Assembly: GCA_032718475.1 (NCBI GenBank)
Contig: JAUCBJ010007215.1
Coordinates: forward strand, 1 to 64,000
DNA from: Nemertoderma westbladi
Lineage: Eukaryota > Animalia > Xenacoelomorpha
Reading direction: 5' to 3'
Length of the DNA: 64,000 nt
Part shown: positions 12,304 through 24,624 of the stretch, in pieces
Layout of the letters: each line of letters begins with the position of its first letter
Numbering within the stretch: the stretch's first letter is position 1
Notes under the pieces: model-generated
Seen by the model: the letters and a program-made list of their open reading frames with translations, nothing else
Databases searched by the model: none
Told to the model about the DNA's origin: nothing
Program-made: the position numbers and the translations under genes

Positions 12304-15300
12304 TGGAAGGTGACAGAACATACACCAAGAATTGAGGCAATCTCTGGACTTGTATGGAAGGTGACAGAACTTGCACCAAGGATTGATGCATTATCTGGAC
12401 TTGTATGGAAGGTGACAGAACATACACCAAGGATTGATGCATTATCTGGACTTGTATGGAAGGTGACAGAACATACACTGAGGAGTGAGGCATTCTCTGG
12501 ACTTGTACAGAAGGTGACAGAACATACACCAAGGATTGATGCATTCTCTGGACTTGTACGGAAGGTGACATAACATACACTGAGGAGTGAGGCATTCTCT
12601 CGACTTGTATGGAAGGTGACAGAACATACACCAAGGATTGATGCATTATCTGGACTTGTATGGAAGGTGACAGAACATACACCAAGGATTGATGCATTAT
12701 CTGGACTTGTACAGAAGGTGACAGAACATACACCAAGGATTGATGCATTATCTGGACTTGTATGGAAGGTGACAGAACATACACCAAGGATTGATGCATT
12801 ATCTGGACTTGTACAGAAGGTGACAGAATATACACCAAGGATTGATGCATTATCTGGACTTGTATGGAAGGTGACAGAACATACACTGAGGAGTGAGGCA
12901 TTCTCTGGACTTGTACAGAAGGTGACAGAACATACACCAAGGATTGATGCATTCTCTGGACTTGTACGGAAGGTGACATAACATACACTGAGGAGTGAGG
13001 CATTCTCTCGACTTGTATGGAAGGTGACAGAACATACACCAAGGATTGATGCATTATCTGGACTTGTATGGAAGGTGACAGAACATACACCAAGGATTGA
13101 TGCATTATCTGGACTTGTACAGAAGGTGACAGAACATACACCAAGGATTGATGCATTATCTGGACTTGTATGGAAGGTGACAGAACATACACCAACGATT
13201 GATGCATTCTCTGGACTTGTACAGAAGGTGACAGAACATACACCAAGGATTGATGCATTCTCTGGACTTGTATGGAAGGTGACAGAACATACACCAAGGA
13301 TTGATGCATTATCTGGACTTGCACGGAAGGTGACAGAACATACACCAAGAATTGAGGCAATATCTGGACTTGTATGGAAGGTGACAGAACATACACCAAG
13401 GATTGATGCATTATCTGGACTTGTACGGAAGGTGACGGAACATACACCAAGGATTGATGCATTCTCTGGACTTGTACGGAAGGTGACAGAACATACACTG
13501 AGGAGTGAGGCATTCTCTGGACTTGTATGGAAGGTGACAGAACTTGCACCAAGGATACAGGCATTCTCTGGACTTATACCGAAGGTGACAGAACATACAC
13601 CAAGGATTGATGCATTATCTGGACTTGTATGGAAGGTGACAGAACATACACCAAGGATTGCTGCATTCTCTGGACTTGTACAGAAGGTGACAGAACATAC
13701 ACTGAGGAGTGAGGCATTCTCTGGACTTGTATGGAAGGTGACAGAACATACACCAAAGATTGATGCATTATCTGGACTTGTACGGAAGGTGACGGAACAT
13801 ACACCAAGGATTGATGCATTCTCTGGACTTGTACGGAAGGTGACAGAACATACACCAAGGATTGATGCGAAGGTGACAGAACATACACCAAGGATTGATG
13901 CATTCTCTGGACTTGTATGGAAGGTGACAGAACAAACACCAAGGATTGATGCATTCTATGGACTTGTACGGAAGGTGACAGAACATACACCAAGGATTGA
14001 TGCATTCTCTGGACTTGTACGGAAGGTGACAGAACATACACCAAGGATTGATGCATTATCTGGACATGTACAGAAGGTGACAGAACATACACTGAGGATA
14101 CAGGCATTCTCTGGACTTGTACCGAAGGTGACAGAACATACACCAAGGATTGATGCATTCTCTGGACTTGTACGGAAGGTGACAGAACATACACCAAAGA
14201 TTGATGCATTCTCTGGACATGTACAGAAGGTGACAGAACATACATTGAGGAGTGAGGCATTCTCTGGACTTGTATGGAAGGTGACAGAACATACACCAAG
14301 GATTGATGCATTCTCTCGACTTGTACAGAAGGTGATAGAACATATACCAATGATTGATGCATTCTCTGGACATGTACAGAAGGTGACAGAACATATACTG
14401 AGGAGTGAGGCATTCTCTGGACTTGTACCGAAGGTGACAGAATATACACCAAGGATTGATGCATTCTCTGGACTTGTATGGAAGGTGACAGAACATACAC
14501 CAATGATTGATGCATTCTCTGGACTTGTACAGAAGGCGACAGAACATACACCAAGGATTGATGCATTCTCTGGACTTGTACCGAAGGTGACATAACATAC
14601 ACTGAGGAGTGAGGCATTCTCTGGACATGTATGGAAGGTGACAGAACATACACCAATGATTGATGCATTCTCTGGACTTGTACGGAAGGTGACAGAACAT
14701 ACACCAAGGATTGATGCATTCTCTGGACATGCACAGAAGGTGACAGAACATACACTGATGAGTGAGGCATTCTCTGGACTTGTATGGAAGGTGACAGAAC
14801 ATACACCAAGGATTGATGCATTATCTGGACTTGTATGGAAGGTGACAGAACATACACTGAGGAGTGAGGCATTCTCTGGACTTGTATGGAAGGTGACAGA
14901 ACATACACCAATGATTGATGCATTATCTGGACTTGTACGGAAGGTGACAGAACATACACTGAGGAGTGAGGCATTCTCTGGACTTGTATGGAAGGTGACA
15001 GAACTTGCACCAAGGATTGATGCATTCTCTGGACTTGTACGGAAGGTGACAGAACATACACTGAGGAGTGAGGCATTCTCTGGACTTGTACGGAAGGTGA
15101 CAGAAAATACACCAAGGATTGATGCATTCTCTCGACTTGTATGGAAGGTGACAGAACATACACCAAGGATTGATGCATTATCTGGACTTGTATGGAAGGT
15201 GACAGAACATACACTGAGGAGTGAGGCATTCTCTGGACTTGTACGGAAGGTGACAGAACATATACTGAGGAGTGAGGCATTCTCTGGACTTGTATGGAAG

Positions 15301-15321
15301 GTGACAGAACATACACCAATG
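12304..15321. repeat. 51-bp minisatellite, ~59 units
   Basis: Consensus GAAGGTGACAGAACATACACCAAGGATTGATGCATTCTCTGGACTTGTATG with a few recurring variants; 17-aa periodic ORFs on both strands. Confidence 0.97.
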
Positions 15322-15442
15322 ACGCGAGGATGCCAACTATATATATTTTCTAATGAAGGTCGTATTTATTCGCTGTTGCGATTGTGAGTCATGAACGGAT
15401 TCTACTGAAATTGTAGAATTGATTCGAACTAGAATAGTGGGA

Positions 15443-15533
15443 GAATGAAATTGCGACAACTATGGAGAATCAGGAAGCCTGGAAGGATCTTATTTCCACT
15501 GTCCGAGTTCGCTCAACCTAGAAGTAGTAGTAT
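15443..15533 (+). mobile_element. Extremely 5'-truncated RTE-type LINE (3' tip only)
   Basis: Matches the 3' end of the LINE at 36673-37767 (NEIATTMEN.EAWKDLISTVRVRST*), with a (TAG)n-like tail and target duplication AATAGTGGGA (15433-15442 and 15534-15543). Confidence 0.8.
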
Positions 15534-15930
15534 AATAGTGGGAAGACTTGGTTTAGTAACTCGTGTACCACTTCCAATAAACGCTACAGTTCTATCAGCG
15601 CCCCTACTTATTTCTATGTTTGTTTTCTATAAACAATGAATATTTTCATCTCATATTTTTATTCCAGTGACTCTGTTCTAGCAACCGCAATGACGCCTAA
15701 CGAGCAATAGTGTACAATGCAGTCATCTTTTCAGATTTTCTGACAATCATTTTTCCTGTTCATTAAGATTTAGATTTAGTAGTTTTTGACTTGAGTTAAA
15801 ATTTCTTAACAACTCAGCTCTCTGTTAACGAGGTTGATTGGACTGTAAGCTGTCTGAAGTTTTAAGTACTGAAATTAGATGTGCAGAACCTAACAATAAA
15901 ATTATTAATAAGGTTAATTAATACTCCCAC

Positions 15931-16192
15931 CTGGATTATCATTATAGAACCTCCCTTCACTATGCAGACCAGATAATGTCCCAACTGAAGAGACCACAGT
16001 CACTATAAGATCAGTTGTTGCCAAAGACCCAACGAAAATAGAACTGGGAACTTTTAGTTCTCTCACTGTAAATATAGCAACCAATATTAAAGAGTTACCA
16101 ATTAGCCCAAGAACCAGAAGTATATACAGGTATATGTTGTAGGCATATACCCAAATATTGTAATCAATATAAACTGGTACGTAATCAAACAT
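15931..16192 (-). CDS. First coding exon (N-terminus, TM1, TM2) of a rhodopsin-family class A GPCR, melatonin-receptor-like pattern
   Basis: TM1 LVLGLIGNSLILVAI (GN motif), ICL1 RELKVPSS, TM2 IFVGSLATTDLIV (LAxxD). Open from an ATG to a CAG|GTGGGA splice donor at 15931/15930. Confidence 0.8.
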
Positions 16193-17359
16193 GATTTTAT
16201 CATATACTGTTCATTTATTCAAACATTATATTAGTTTCTTTTGCGACCTGGCAATACCAGCACTTAGATACCATCACAGGTGTTGTGCCAATCTTAGCCA
16301 TTAGAAAATACATAAACAAATTATTATTAATTATTATATTACATACACAAATTCCCAACAAATATATAAAAAATTAATTTACCACAATTAATAATTATTA
16401 TTTACTAATTTACTATTTACTTATTATTTGGTGTTTCCCGCATCCATGGTATCGATTATGTATTTTATATTTCTGTTCTCTATTTATGGTGCAATACAAA
16501 TAGGCCTACAACTGGTACAGCAATGATGATATGAGTTTATATGTTCTGTAATTTTGCTAAATTTTCTACATTTTAGGTCTACTGCTCTACCTATGTAAAT
16601 AATTAATACCGGTACCTATGTAGGTACGCTCTAAATATCATGTATTATTGTTGATTTATGTGTAACTCTGTAACCAACTACCTTGATAAAGAGCCTAGCG
16701 CTGGAAATCGATTGGATTATAAAATAAATCACTGTTTAGTTCACGAGGGGAGTCCCCAGCGTTTAACTATAATGTTCCAATATCTTTTCTAGTTTTTGAA
16801 TTACGTAAGTTCAAAAATAAGCTGTCAGTTACAAAAATCACCAAAAAATCGAAATTTTTCCGTTTTGGACAAATTAATTCAATGTTGCACGCAAAGAAAT
16901 ACAGTATTGCGATCGCCAATCTATTTAACATTTTGGAGGGAAATTTGAAATTATTATTTATAGGTTTACAGTGTAGATTTATAGTAGGCCTAGATAAACC
17001 TATTTGATTAACTTGTACTGCAGTAATTCATGTAAACGGTTATCTACGGTAAACTGTAATGTAAACCCTATCCACCTCAACCTTTATTCGTATATCTTTT
17101 TGCAATATAAATAGCGTAATATTGTCAATAAGAATGCCAAAACTGGATGGGCAGAAGCCGGAAGGGGATTTTTGCAGGGACTAGAAAACAGGAAATTGTA
17201 AATGTTAATCTACCAGTTGAGGAGTCAGATCTGATTTCCGAAGCAAATCAGAGTTCCCACACGACAGATCGTCTTGGAGTGATTGGGGATGCATTTACTG
17301 GTCCTTGTATTGGAAGTGAAGGATTCCAGTTTGTCGAATATTCAACCATGAAGGATTAT

Positions 17360-19865
17360 AGTTGAAATTGTTTAAATAACGACATGCCGTCTTTAGGGCG
17401 TTCATATTGTTGTTGTAAATTAAAGATAAAACTATTCCAGTTGGAGTTTTACACGCCCATATAATATATAATATCAATATAATATAAATCAGTCACCAAT
17501 TGATTTCACCCCTCGGGGCATCATCAGGGCTCTACCGTACTTCTAAGTTAAAACAACTACAGTAATCTGATAATTACAGGCTAAACGTACTGTTATTATT
17601 GTCTGGTTGAGGACAGTGCACGCAATGCTATAGTGATAAAATGAAATCAAACACATTTCTACTCACTACTGCGGTACTGCAGTAGCCGGCTGTAAGCAGT
17701 ACCAGTACCGCTAGTTATACTGTTACATTATATTACACCGTCTCAGGCCTAAAACATACTCTGTGACTATAACCAAAGATGAAAATGTAGTCGTTAGGTC
17801 CCTGGGTCCTACCTGATTAAATATCTAATGAAAACATAAAAATATACAATCAGCACCGGTACAAGCAATTAGAGTTGGGACGTTAGATCAAAAACGTACA
17901 TACATTTAAATCGGTGTGTAGGAAAGATAATTAAATCAATATGTAGGAAAAACCAGAGGGCATCCATGGTGTACAGTATGATGGATCAGTTCCAGCGGAC
18001 AGCATACTTACAGCACAATGAATTTAAATCAGGGTGTAGGAAAAACCAACGTGTACAGTAGTAGGATGGGTCCAATTAAATATAGCACTTAAAATTTAAT
18101 TCAGTAACTGGGAAAAACCCAAAGTGAATTCATATTGTACAGCAGTAGGATGTATCCTATTAAATATCTAATGAAAACATAAAAATATACAATCAGCACC
18201 GATACACGCAAATGGAGTTGGGACGTTAGATCAAAAACGTACATATATTGATACATTTAAATCAGTGTGTGGGAAAATCAGATGGGCTTTCGTATTGTAC
18301 AGTAGAGTTGGGACGTTAGATTAAAACCGTACATTTAAATTGGTGTGTAGGAAAATAATTAAATCAATATGTAGGCAAAAGTATACGTACAGCACGATAA
18401 CCAATCATGAAAAAATGCGGCCATTATAACCTTCGATCTCCAACGAAAAACATACGATATTTTCAGCACTCATGTACTGTATGTAAAATTAGTGTTGGGA
18501 CCTTAGATCAAAAACGTACAAACACTTAAATCAATATGTAGGCAAAACCAATGGGCATTCATATTGTACAGTAGGGTGGATCTGTTTCAGCATAATAAAA
18601 GTATAAACCAAAAAGAAACCGTACTGTAGAAAAAACTGGAAGTTATATAATTATTAGCATTATAACTACATATAGCACCAAATAAAGCTGTAAAGCCACT
18701 TTGTTCCACGGGGTGTTACACTAAAAATAATAAATTGATAAATATACAACTATACAGCTGGTCTCACTTTGTTCCACGAGGGGTTGAACTGGAAAATATA
18801 ATTCGCTTCCGCATGTACTCTTGATTTGTTGTCCCGGAATTGGCGAAAGGCCGTCATCCTAAAACTCTCCCAGGGGCACATACGGAAAGTGTTCGCACAA
18901 CAAAAACTCTGCTAGTTCATGGTAATCTTGGGGTGGTTGTTTCCTATACCCGTTAATGACCGATTTGTGTTTAGATACTCTCTCGGCCATCTTTTGCTCG
19001 GTCTGGCCAATATAAAAACCCCCTGGGTGGTCTTTACACGTGATTACATATAATACGTTCGACGATACACACGAGAAAGAGCCCGTAAAACGTTTACCCC
19101 ATGGTAGTACAGGAAGGTCTAACAAAACGGGCACGTAAGGCACCCGCCGCGTCCACATGATGTGTTACCCCGTCCCCCTGTCGCGTTTCACTATCAAGGA
19201 ATTCCCTAGATTTAGTCCACCACTCTTCGTGACAATCACCCTCGCCCCTACCTCGGCCAAGGCGCGTTTGTTATTGGCCAACACAGCCTTTACGCATGGT
19301 CTAAAAGTTCCATCAATTTTAATCCCCACCCCTTTCGTCATTTCTTTTACGAGGGGTCCGTCGTTCATCCAACTTTACTGCTCGGAGTCCCTCTAGGAAC
19401 GCCTGCGGATATCCCGACACCCAACAGTCTGTGAGGTACCGATCCCTCGCAGATTCATAATCTATTCCCCCTATCCCGCTGGTCAGGTGCCAAAATCGTA
19501 ACAATTGGCCTCTAACCACGGATTTGAGTAACTGATTGTCATGGTTACTTAAATAAGGAACGGGTAACGTCCGCGAAAGTGGTTTAAAATACACTCGGGT
19601 TTTTAATTCACCCCGTACAGATTTATACAACTCCACATCCAAAAATACCGATGTAGTGTTTGAAAATTCAAATGTAAACTTTATATCATCAGTTCCAAAC
19701 ACCTCCCTCCCCGCGTTATTATACTCAGCTATAATGTTCTCTTTGGTTCCATCCGATAGGGTGTAATCGAAAATAGCTTCACCGTTGTCCACAAAGGTGT
19801 GGAAAAAAATGGCCCCGTACATGGTGATTAGGCCCACGTTTTATCTTTAATTTACAACAACAATA
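17360..19865 (-). mobile_element. 5'-truncated Penelope-like retroelement (RT thumb, GIY-YIG endonuclease, long 3' region)
   Basis: FLDVELYK...KTRVYFKP; SSNVLYVITC...FYIGQTEQKMAERVSKH; 9-bp duplication AAGGATTAT (17351-17359 and 19866-19874); inverted ~26-bp terminal piece. Confidence 0.85.
17492..17535 (-). ncRNA. Candidate degenerate minimal hammerhead ribozyme in the Penelope 3' region
   Basis: Minus strand CUGAUGA-u-GCCC(CGAG)GGGU-GAAA-UCAAUUGG has the core boxes, stem II and a palindromic stem III. The stem I partner and UH cleavage site are not clean. Confidence 0.5.
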
Positions 19866-20689
19866 AAGGATTATGTCCGACATTCATCGACATCACTGCG
19901 CTGGTGTTCTAAAGTTTACTCCAAATCTCCAGAACGGTTATTATTTCAATATATTTCTTGAATGTAAGACATGTGAATATATTTACAAATTCGAAAATGC
20001 AGTCAATGATATAAGCAATCATCCTAATGAGTCAAAGCACCGTATAAACACTCCTACTATTTTAGCTTTTCTTATGATTGGGGGAACGCATGACACTGCT
20101 CGAAGATTTTCGGAGGCTATGGAAATGCCAATTCCCATCCATCATAGTCGCTGGAGAGATACTCTTAGGCGAATTACTGATGCTGTTAGAAACTTAGCGA
20201 TTGGTAATCGTTACAATAAAGCTCAGAAGCTGCGTAATAAGCATGGGGCAGATACAGGTAACCCCATCTCAGGTAATAGTGAGTCAATATATAATGTATC
20301 TGTAACTTTTGATGCCACATGGCAGAAACGTGGGCATATGTCCTTTACTATGTGGCCTATGTGATGTCTGCTGATACCGGCGCAGTTCTAGATATTTTTC
20401 TTGTCAGTAAATCATGTTATATTTGTCGCCATTATTTTAAACTTCGTACTATACATGTTCTGCAACATAATTGTGATAGAAATTTCCATTGCAGCAGCAA
20501 TGCCATGGAAACTTTTGCTGCGAAGCAACTTTGGGCAAGATCCATTGAAAGGAACATGTTGCGATATTCAGAGCTGCTTAGCGATGGAGACAGTTCTGTT
20601 TTTAAAGAGCTCCGAGAGAAACCTCCATATGGCATTGAGCACCCAGTAAAGAAATATGAGTGTATTAACCATATTGGGATAACAACGGT

Positions 20690-23200
20690 CACCCGTAACA
20701 GACGAAGTCGCAGAAAGCCTGTTTCGGTTTTTGGAACTTCCGTCAGTACATCTCATGGCTTTGGTGCGATCGAACCAAGGAAAAAGTTATTCCTTACTAA
20801 TTGCGAACCCGGAGTTTCTAAGGAAGTAATATCGTCCCATATCAAGAAAACTACCGGATTTGACGTCACATGTATTGTACATGTAACTCTATTGGTGACC
20901 CTGCTCTACCCTACTCATCTTTTGTTATAAACTGTAAGTTTACTCAAAGCGAACGGATAATGGATGGTTCAATCTGGCCTACCGACATCTGTCTGGTCGA
21001 ATTAGGGCTACCAACCATTCTAGAACGTATAATTAAATGTAGGAAGCAATTTTACATGAAAATACTTCACAGCGATCCAGATACACCGATTAATCAGGCG
21101 TTCCAACTTTGCAAATCGGCAATTAGGTTATAATTTGTTATAAGCGCAAAGCCTCGTTCAATTTATTCACTAGCAGTATAATAAAATCCCGTGTTATAAA
21201 CAAACCAGAATCCGCTACAAAGTTTTTTTTACATACCGTTCTGTTTTAAACAGAGACTTGTCTGTACACCCGATATATAAATCTGCCAAACCGTATATTC
21301 CGGATTATCACCGCGCCGCTTTTACCCGGGTCATATTAATGAGTCATAGACTGCGTATAGAAACCGGCCGGTGGTTCAGGATACCACGATTGGACAGAAC
21401 TTGTATCTGTGACAACACCTCTGTACAAGATGAGTTGCACGTTTTATGTGTGTGCCCACACTCAAAAGATTTACGTTTAAAATACCAGACTCTCGATTTT
21501 ACCGGGCGCTTGAATACTCCTTTTAACCCTATTAAAACCGGGGGGGGGGGGGGGGGTCAATATGACCCCCCCCCCCGTGGTTTTTTTATTATAATTCTGA
21601 AACAAACGCAGTTGGGAATCTGAAATTTTACGACTTTTCCTAAAAATCTATTGTCTTCCTAGAAGTGAAAACCGTTTTCAAAAATATTGGGTAGTTTTCG
21701 AGTTATAGCACCATTTTTTATTTTAACCCTACTTTTGGCACTTTTTTTGAGACGTTTTTTGAAAATTACATTTCATTATATATGAATTGTAACATCTCTA
21801 TTATTGATTTACACCGGTTTTTTGGTGTTAGAAATTGGATGGAATTCATATAAATTGATTTAGAAATTTCAAACTTGCTTTTTTCGGCGGGTGACAATTT
21901 TTGGTGCCAGCACCAAATTTTGAAATATGTCAATTTTGTAAATTGATTGTGTGAAACTTGTTTTTTACGCATTTGGGGTTTTTTGGGGTTCTGGTTTCGA
22001 TGAAATATATACGAGTTGCACCAAGCGTATCAATCTTGTATTTTTCGGTGGTGGGTGCAAATTTTGGTGCTCGCACAAAATTTTGAAAATCCATTCAATT
22101 GATAAAATTGTTTGTGACAATTTATTTCTTGCGTTTTAGAGGTTTATGGCTATTCTGAATTGAATGGAATATATAATTTTCGATCTAGGCATCTCAAACT
22201 TGAATTTTTCGGAAGTGGGTGCAAAATGTGGTGCTAGCACCAAATTTTGAAAACCATCAAATATATAAATTGATTGAGTCACCTTGTTTCTTGCGTTATA
22301 CGGGTTTGTGAGGGTTCTGAATTCAATGGAATCAGTAAAAATTTCATGAGAGTTTTCAAACTTGTATTTTTCGCCGGTGGGTGAAAATTGTTGTGCCAGC
22401 ACCAAATTTTGGAAAATAAGCAAATTGATCAGTAGATAGTATCATCTTGTTTATTGCGTTATACGGGTTTATGAGGGTCCTGAATCCGATGGAATCAATA
22501 AAAACAGCACTGGACATCGCAAACTTGTACTTTTTGGTGATGGGTACGAAATTTGGTCCTAGCACCAAAATTTGCCAAATTACGTCGAAAAATACAAGTA
22601 GCAATGATGGGACATTTTAGAAATGTATTCCATTAGAATCAGCGCCCTAGAAAGCCTGAAAATGTGAATTTATAGCATCGTATAAGTGAATTAAAAATTT
22701 TGTGTTCTAACTGAAAAGTGCTGGTTACTTGTTTTTTTCATTTTTTTCCGACGCAGAGAGGACTAAACAGCCATTTATAGTAATCATATCATTTTTAAAT
22801 ATTTTCCAATGTATTTTGCGCCCCAGAAAACCTGTATTGAAAAACAATTAGACGAAAAATGTAAGTTTCAAATTTTCTGAAAATTGTGCACTACTTGTAA
22901 TTTTGGTGCTGCAATATAACCACCCCAGTACATTTTTTCGAAAATTTTTTTTTCGGTCGGATCCTAACTAGTGATACCTACGTACAAACAAAAAATCAGA
23001 CGTTTTCGTAAAAATTTGTAGATTTTAGAGGGGGGGGGGGGGGGGGGGGGGGTCAATATGACCCCCCCCCCCCCCGGTATTTGTACAACATTTTATAGCC
23101 CGGTACTAATAGGGTTAAAGGTGACTCTCACACCATCTGTGCATATATTTACGATGTACTAGAATTGTTTAAATGATTTTGATTTGATTTTGATTATTAT
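20690..23200 (+). mobile_element. Internally deleted LINE (ORF1 C-terminus fused to ORF2 C-terminus), split by piggyBac-like copy 2
   Basis: ORF1-like LFLTNCEPGVSKEVISSHI...YSSF...SIWP; ORF2 tail SHRLRIETGRW..IPRLDRTCICD..VQDELHVLCVCP; the frame rejoins across the TTAA (TPF|KGDSHTICAYIYDVLELFK*) and is followed by a TTTGA/ATT tail. Confidence 0.75.
21527..23114. mobile_element. piggyBac-like non-autonomous element, copy 2 (intact, 1588 bp)
   Basis: TTAA at 21523-21526 and 23115-23118; CCCTATTA/TAATAGGG termini; internal degenerate repeats carrying GGTGCTAGCACCAAATTTTG. Confidence 0.88.
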
Positions 23201-23523
23201 TATTTTGATATTATTTTGATTTTCTACGTAATATACTGGATATTTAATTTGTGACATAATTCGTAATAATCGGAAATATATAGCGCTCCAGGCGCCGCTA
23301 CCTAACTAACTAACTAAGACGCATGATGTCATCAGAAAAAAGATGGAAGAAAAAACTACGTTCAAGATGGAAAAACAAATTCTGAGATAGCCGAGGCCCT
23401 AAGGGAGCTCAAAGAGCTTGATGAAAGGGAGCCTGAGTGGAAAACTGAGGGACGCGAAAAAGTCGAATGTGAGAGACAAATGAGAGACAAGCGACTGACA
23501 AGCAACTGGTGTGAACAGAATAG

Positions 23524-23680
23524 TTATAAATGAATTGTTGTGGGGTGGGTGACGGCGAATTAAATAATTATGTTATCGTACATTATGATAATGCTCTCCA
23601 TTGCGAAAAATATCTACCACCCCTATTTTTCGCTATGGATTAAATTCGCCATCACCCACCCCATAACAATTCATTTATAA
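23524..23680. mobile_element. Small MITE-like foldback
   Basis: ~38-bp inverted repeats TTATAAATGAATTGTTGTGGGGTGGGTGACGGCGAATT ... AATTCGCCATCACCCACCCCATAACAATTCATTTATAA. Confidence 0.65.
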
Positions 23681-24029
23681 ATAATTAACAAGCATGGCCA
23701 GCATACGGGGTATCAGTGGTTTCTACAACACTGAATATATTTATTCTTTGAGGTATGGTTGCCATTTCTGGTAGAGCACGGGAATAACGTTGTACTTTCT
23801 TTCCTATGAGTAACTGTAAAAGGCCTAAATATGATAGTCCAGACCGTAGCGAATAAATCTTCGACCTTCCTGTAGCTAAGTGGTCTTAGGACACACACTC
23901 GGCTGATGATAACCGGAAGTTTGAAACCTAGGTACCGGGTTCGAGCCCCAATAGGGGCGGTTGATATTTTTGCTATGGAGAGCATTATAAACAGAATAGT
24001 GGACATTTTAACCATTGAGAGAGCCAGCA

Positions 24030-24439
24030 AGCAAGCAAGCCAATATGATAAGAAGACCATCAGCCCCTAAGAAGGAAAGTTTCACAGAGATAGCGTCACA
24101 CTTAACCTCTCAACAAGTAAGCTGGCTATAAGAAGACCCTCAGCCCCTAAGAAGGATAGTTTGACTGAGTTATAGCGGCACATATACTTGACCTCTCAAC
24201 CAGCAAGCTGGCTATAAGAAGACCCTCAGAAGGACAGTTTGACTGAGTTATAGCGGCACATATACTTGACCTCTCAACCAGCAAGCTGGCTATAAGAAGA
24301 CCCTCAGCCACTAAGAAGGACAGTTTGACTGAGTTATAGCGGCACATATACTTGACCTCTCAACCAGCAAGCTGGCTATAAGAAGACCCTCAGCCACTAA
24401 GAAGGACAGTTTGACTGAGTTATAGCGGCACATATACTT
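24030..24439. repeat. ~86-bp tandem repeat, ~4.5 copies
   Basis: CTAAGAAGGACAGTTTGACTGAG... recurs at 24311 and 24397; the left-hand copies are more diverged. Confidence 0.9.
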
Positions 24440-24624
24440 TGATTAGTCTGTAACGCGATAATGGCAATACTGTAAGTACGTATAGGTACTGTATCAGTAG
24501 GGTGCAAATGTGGCTACAAGTATCACCCAAACCCCACATGTTAGGCAGTGCTCAATACGAAACTGGCGTAAATAAACGAGATTAGGGTAAGAATGTATCC
24601 ATAGAACTCGTCGAGAGTCATGTA

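Larger units (their letters stand above)
17147..20690 (+). pseudogene. Kolobok-type / PF20700 'Mutator-like' DDE transposase relic, split by the Penelope insertion (parts 17147-17359 and 19866-20690)
   Basis: LECKTC, FDATWQKRGH.S, TGAVLD..SKSCYIC, CDRNFHCSSNAME, RYSELLSDGDS, KYECINH; frameshifted. Confidence 0.8.

Noticed and set aside
12304-15321. LRR protein (DAFSGL) or poly-selenocysteine protein (TGA in each unit of one frame)
   Set aside because: The 17-aa period lacks the LxxLxLxxN core. No SECIS was recognised, and a TGA in every unit is expected from simple tandem amplification.
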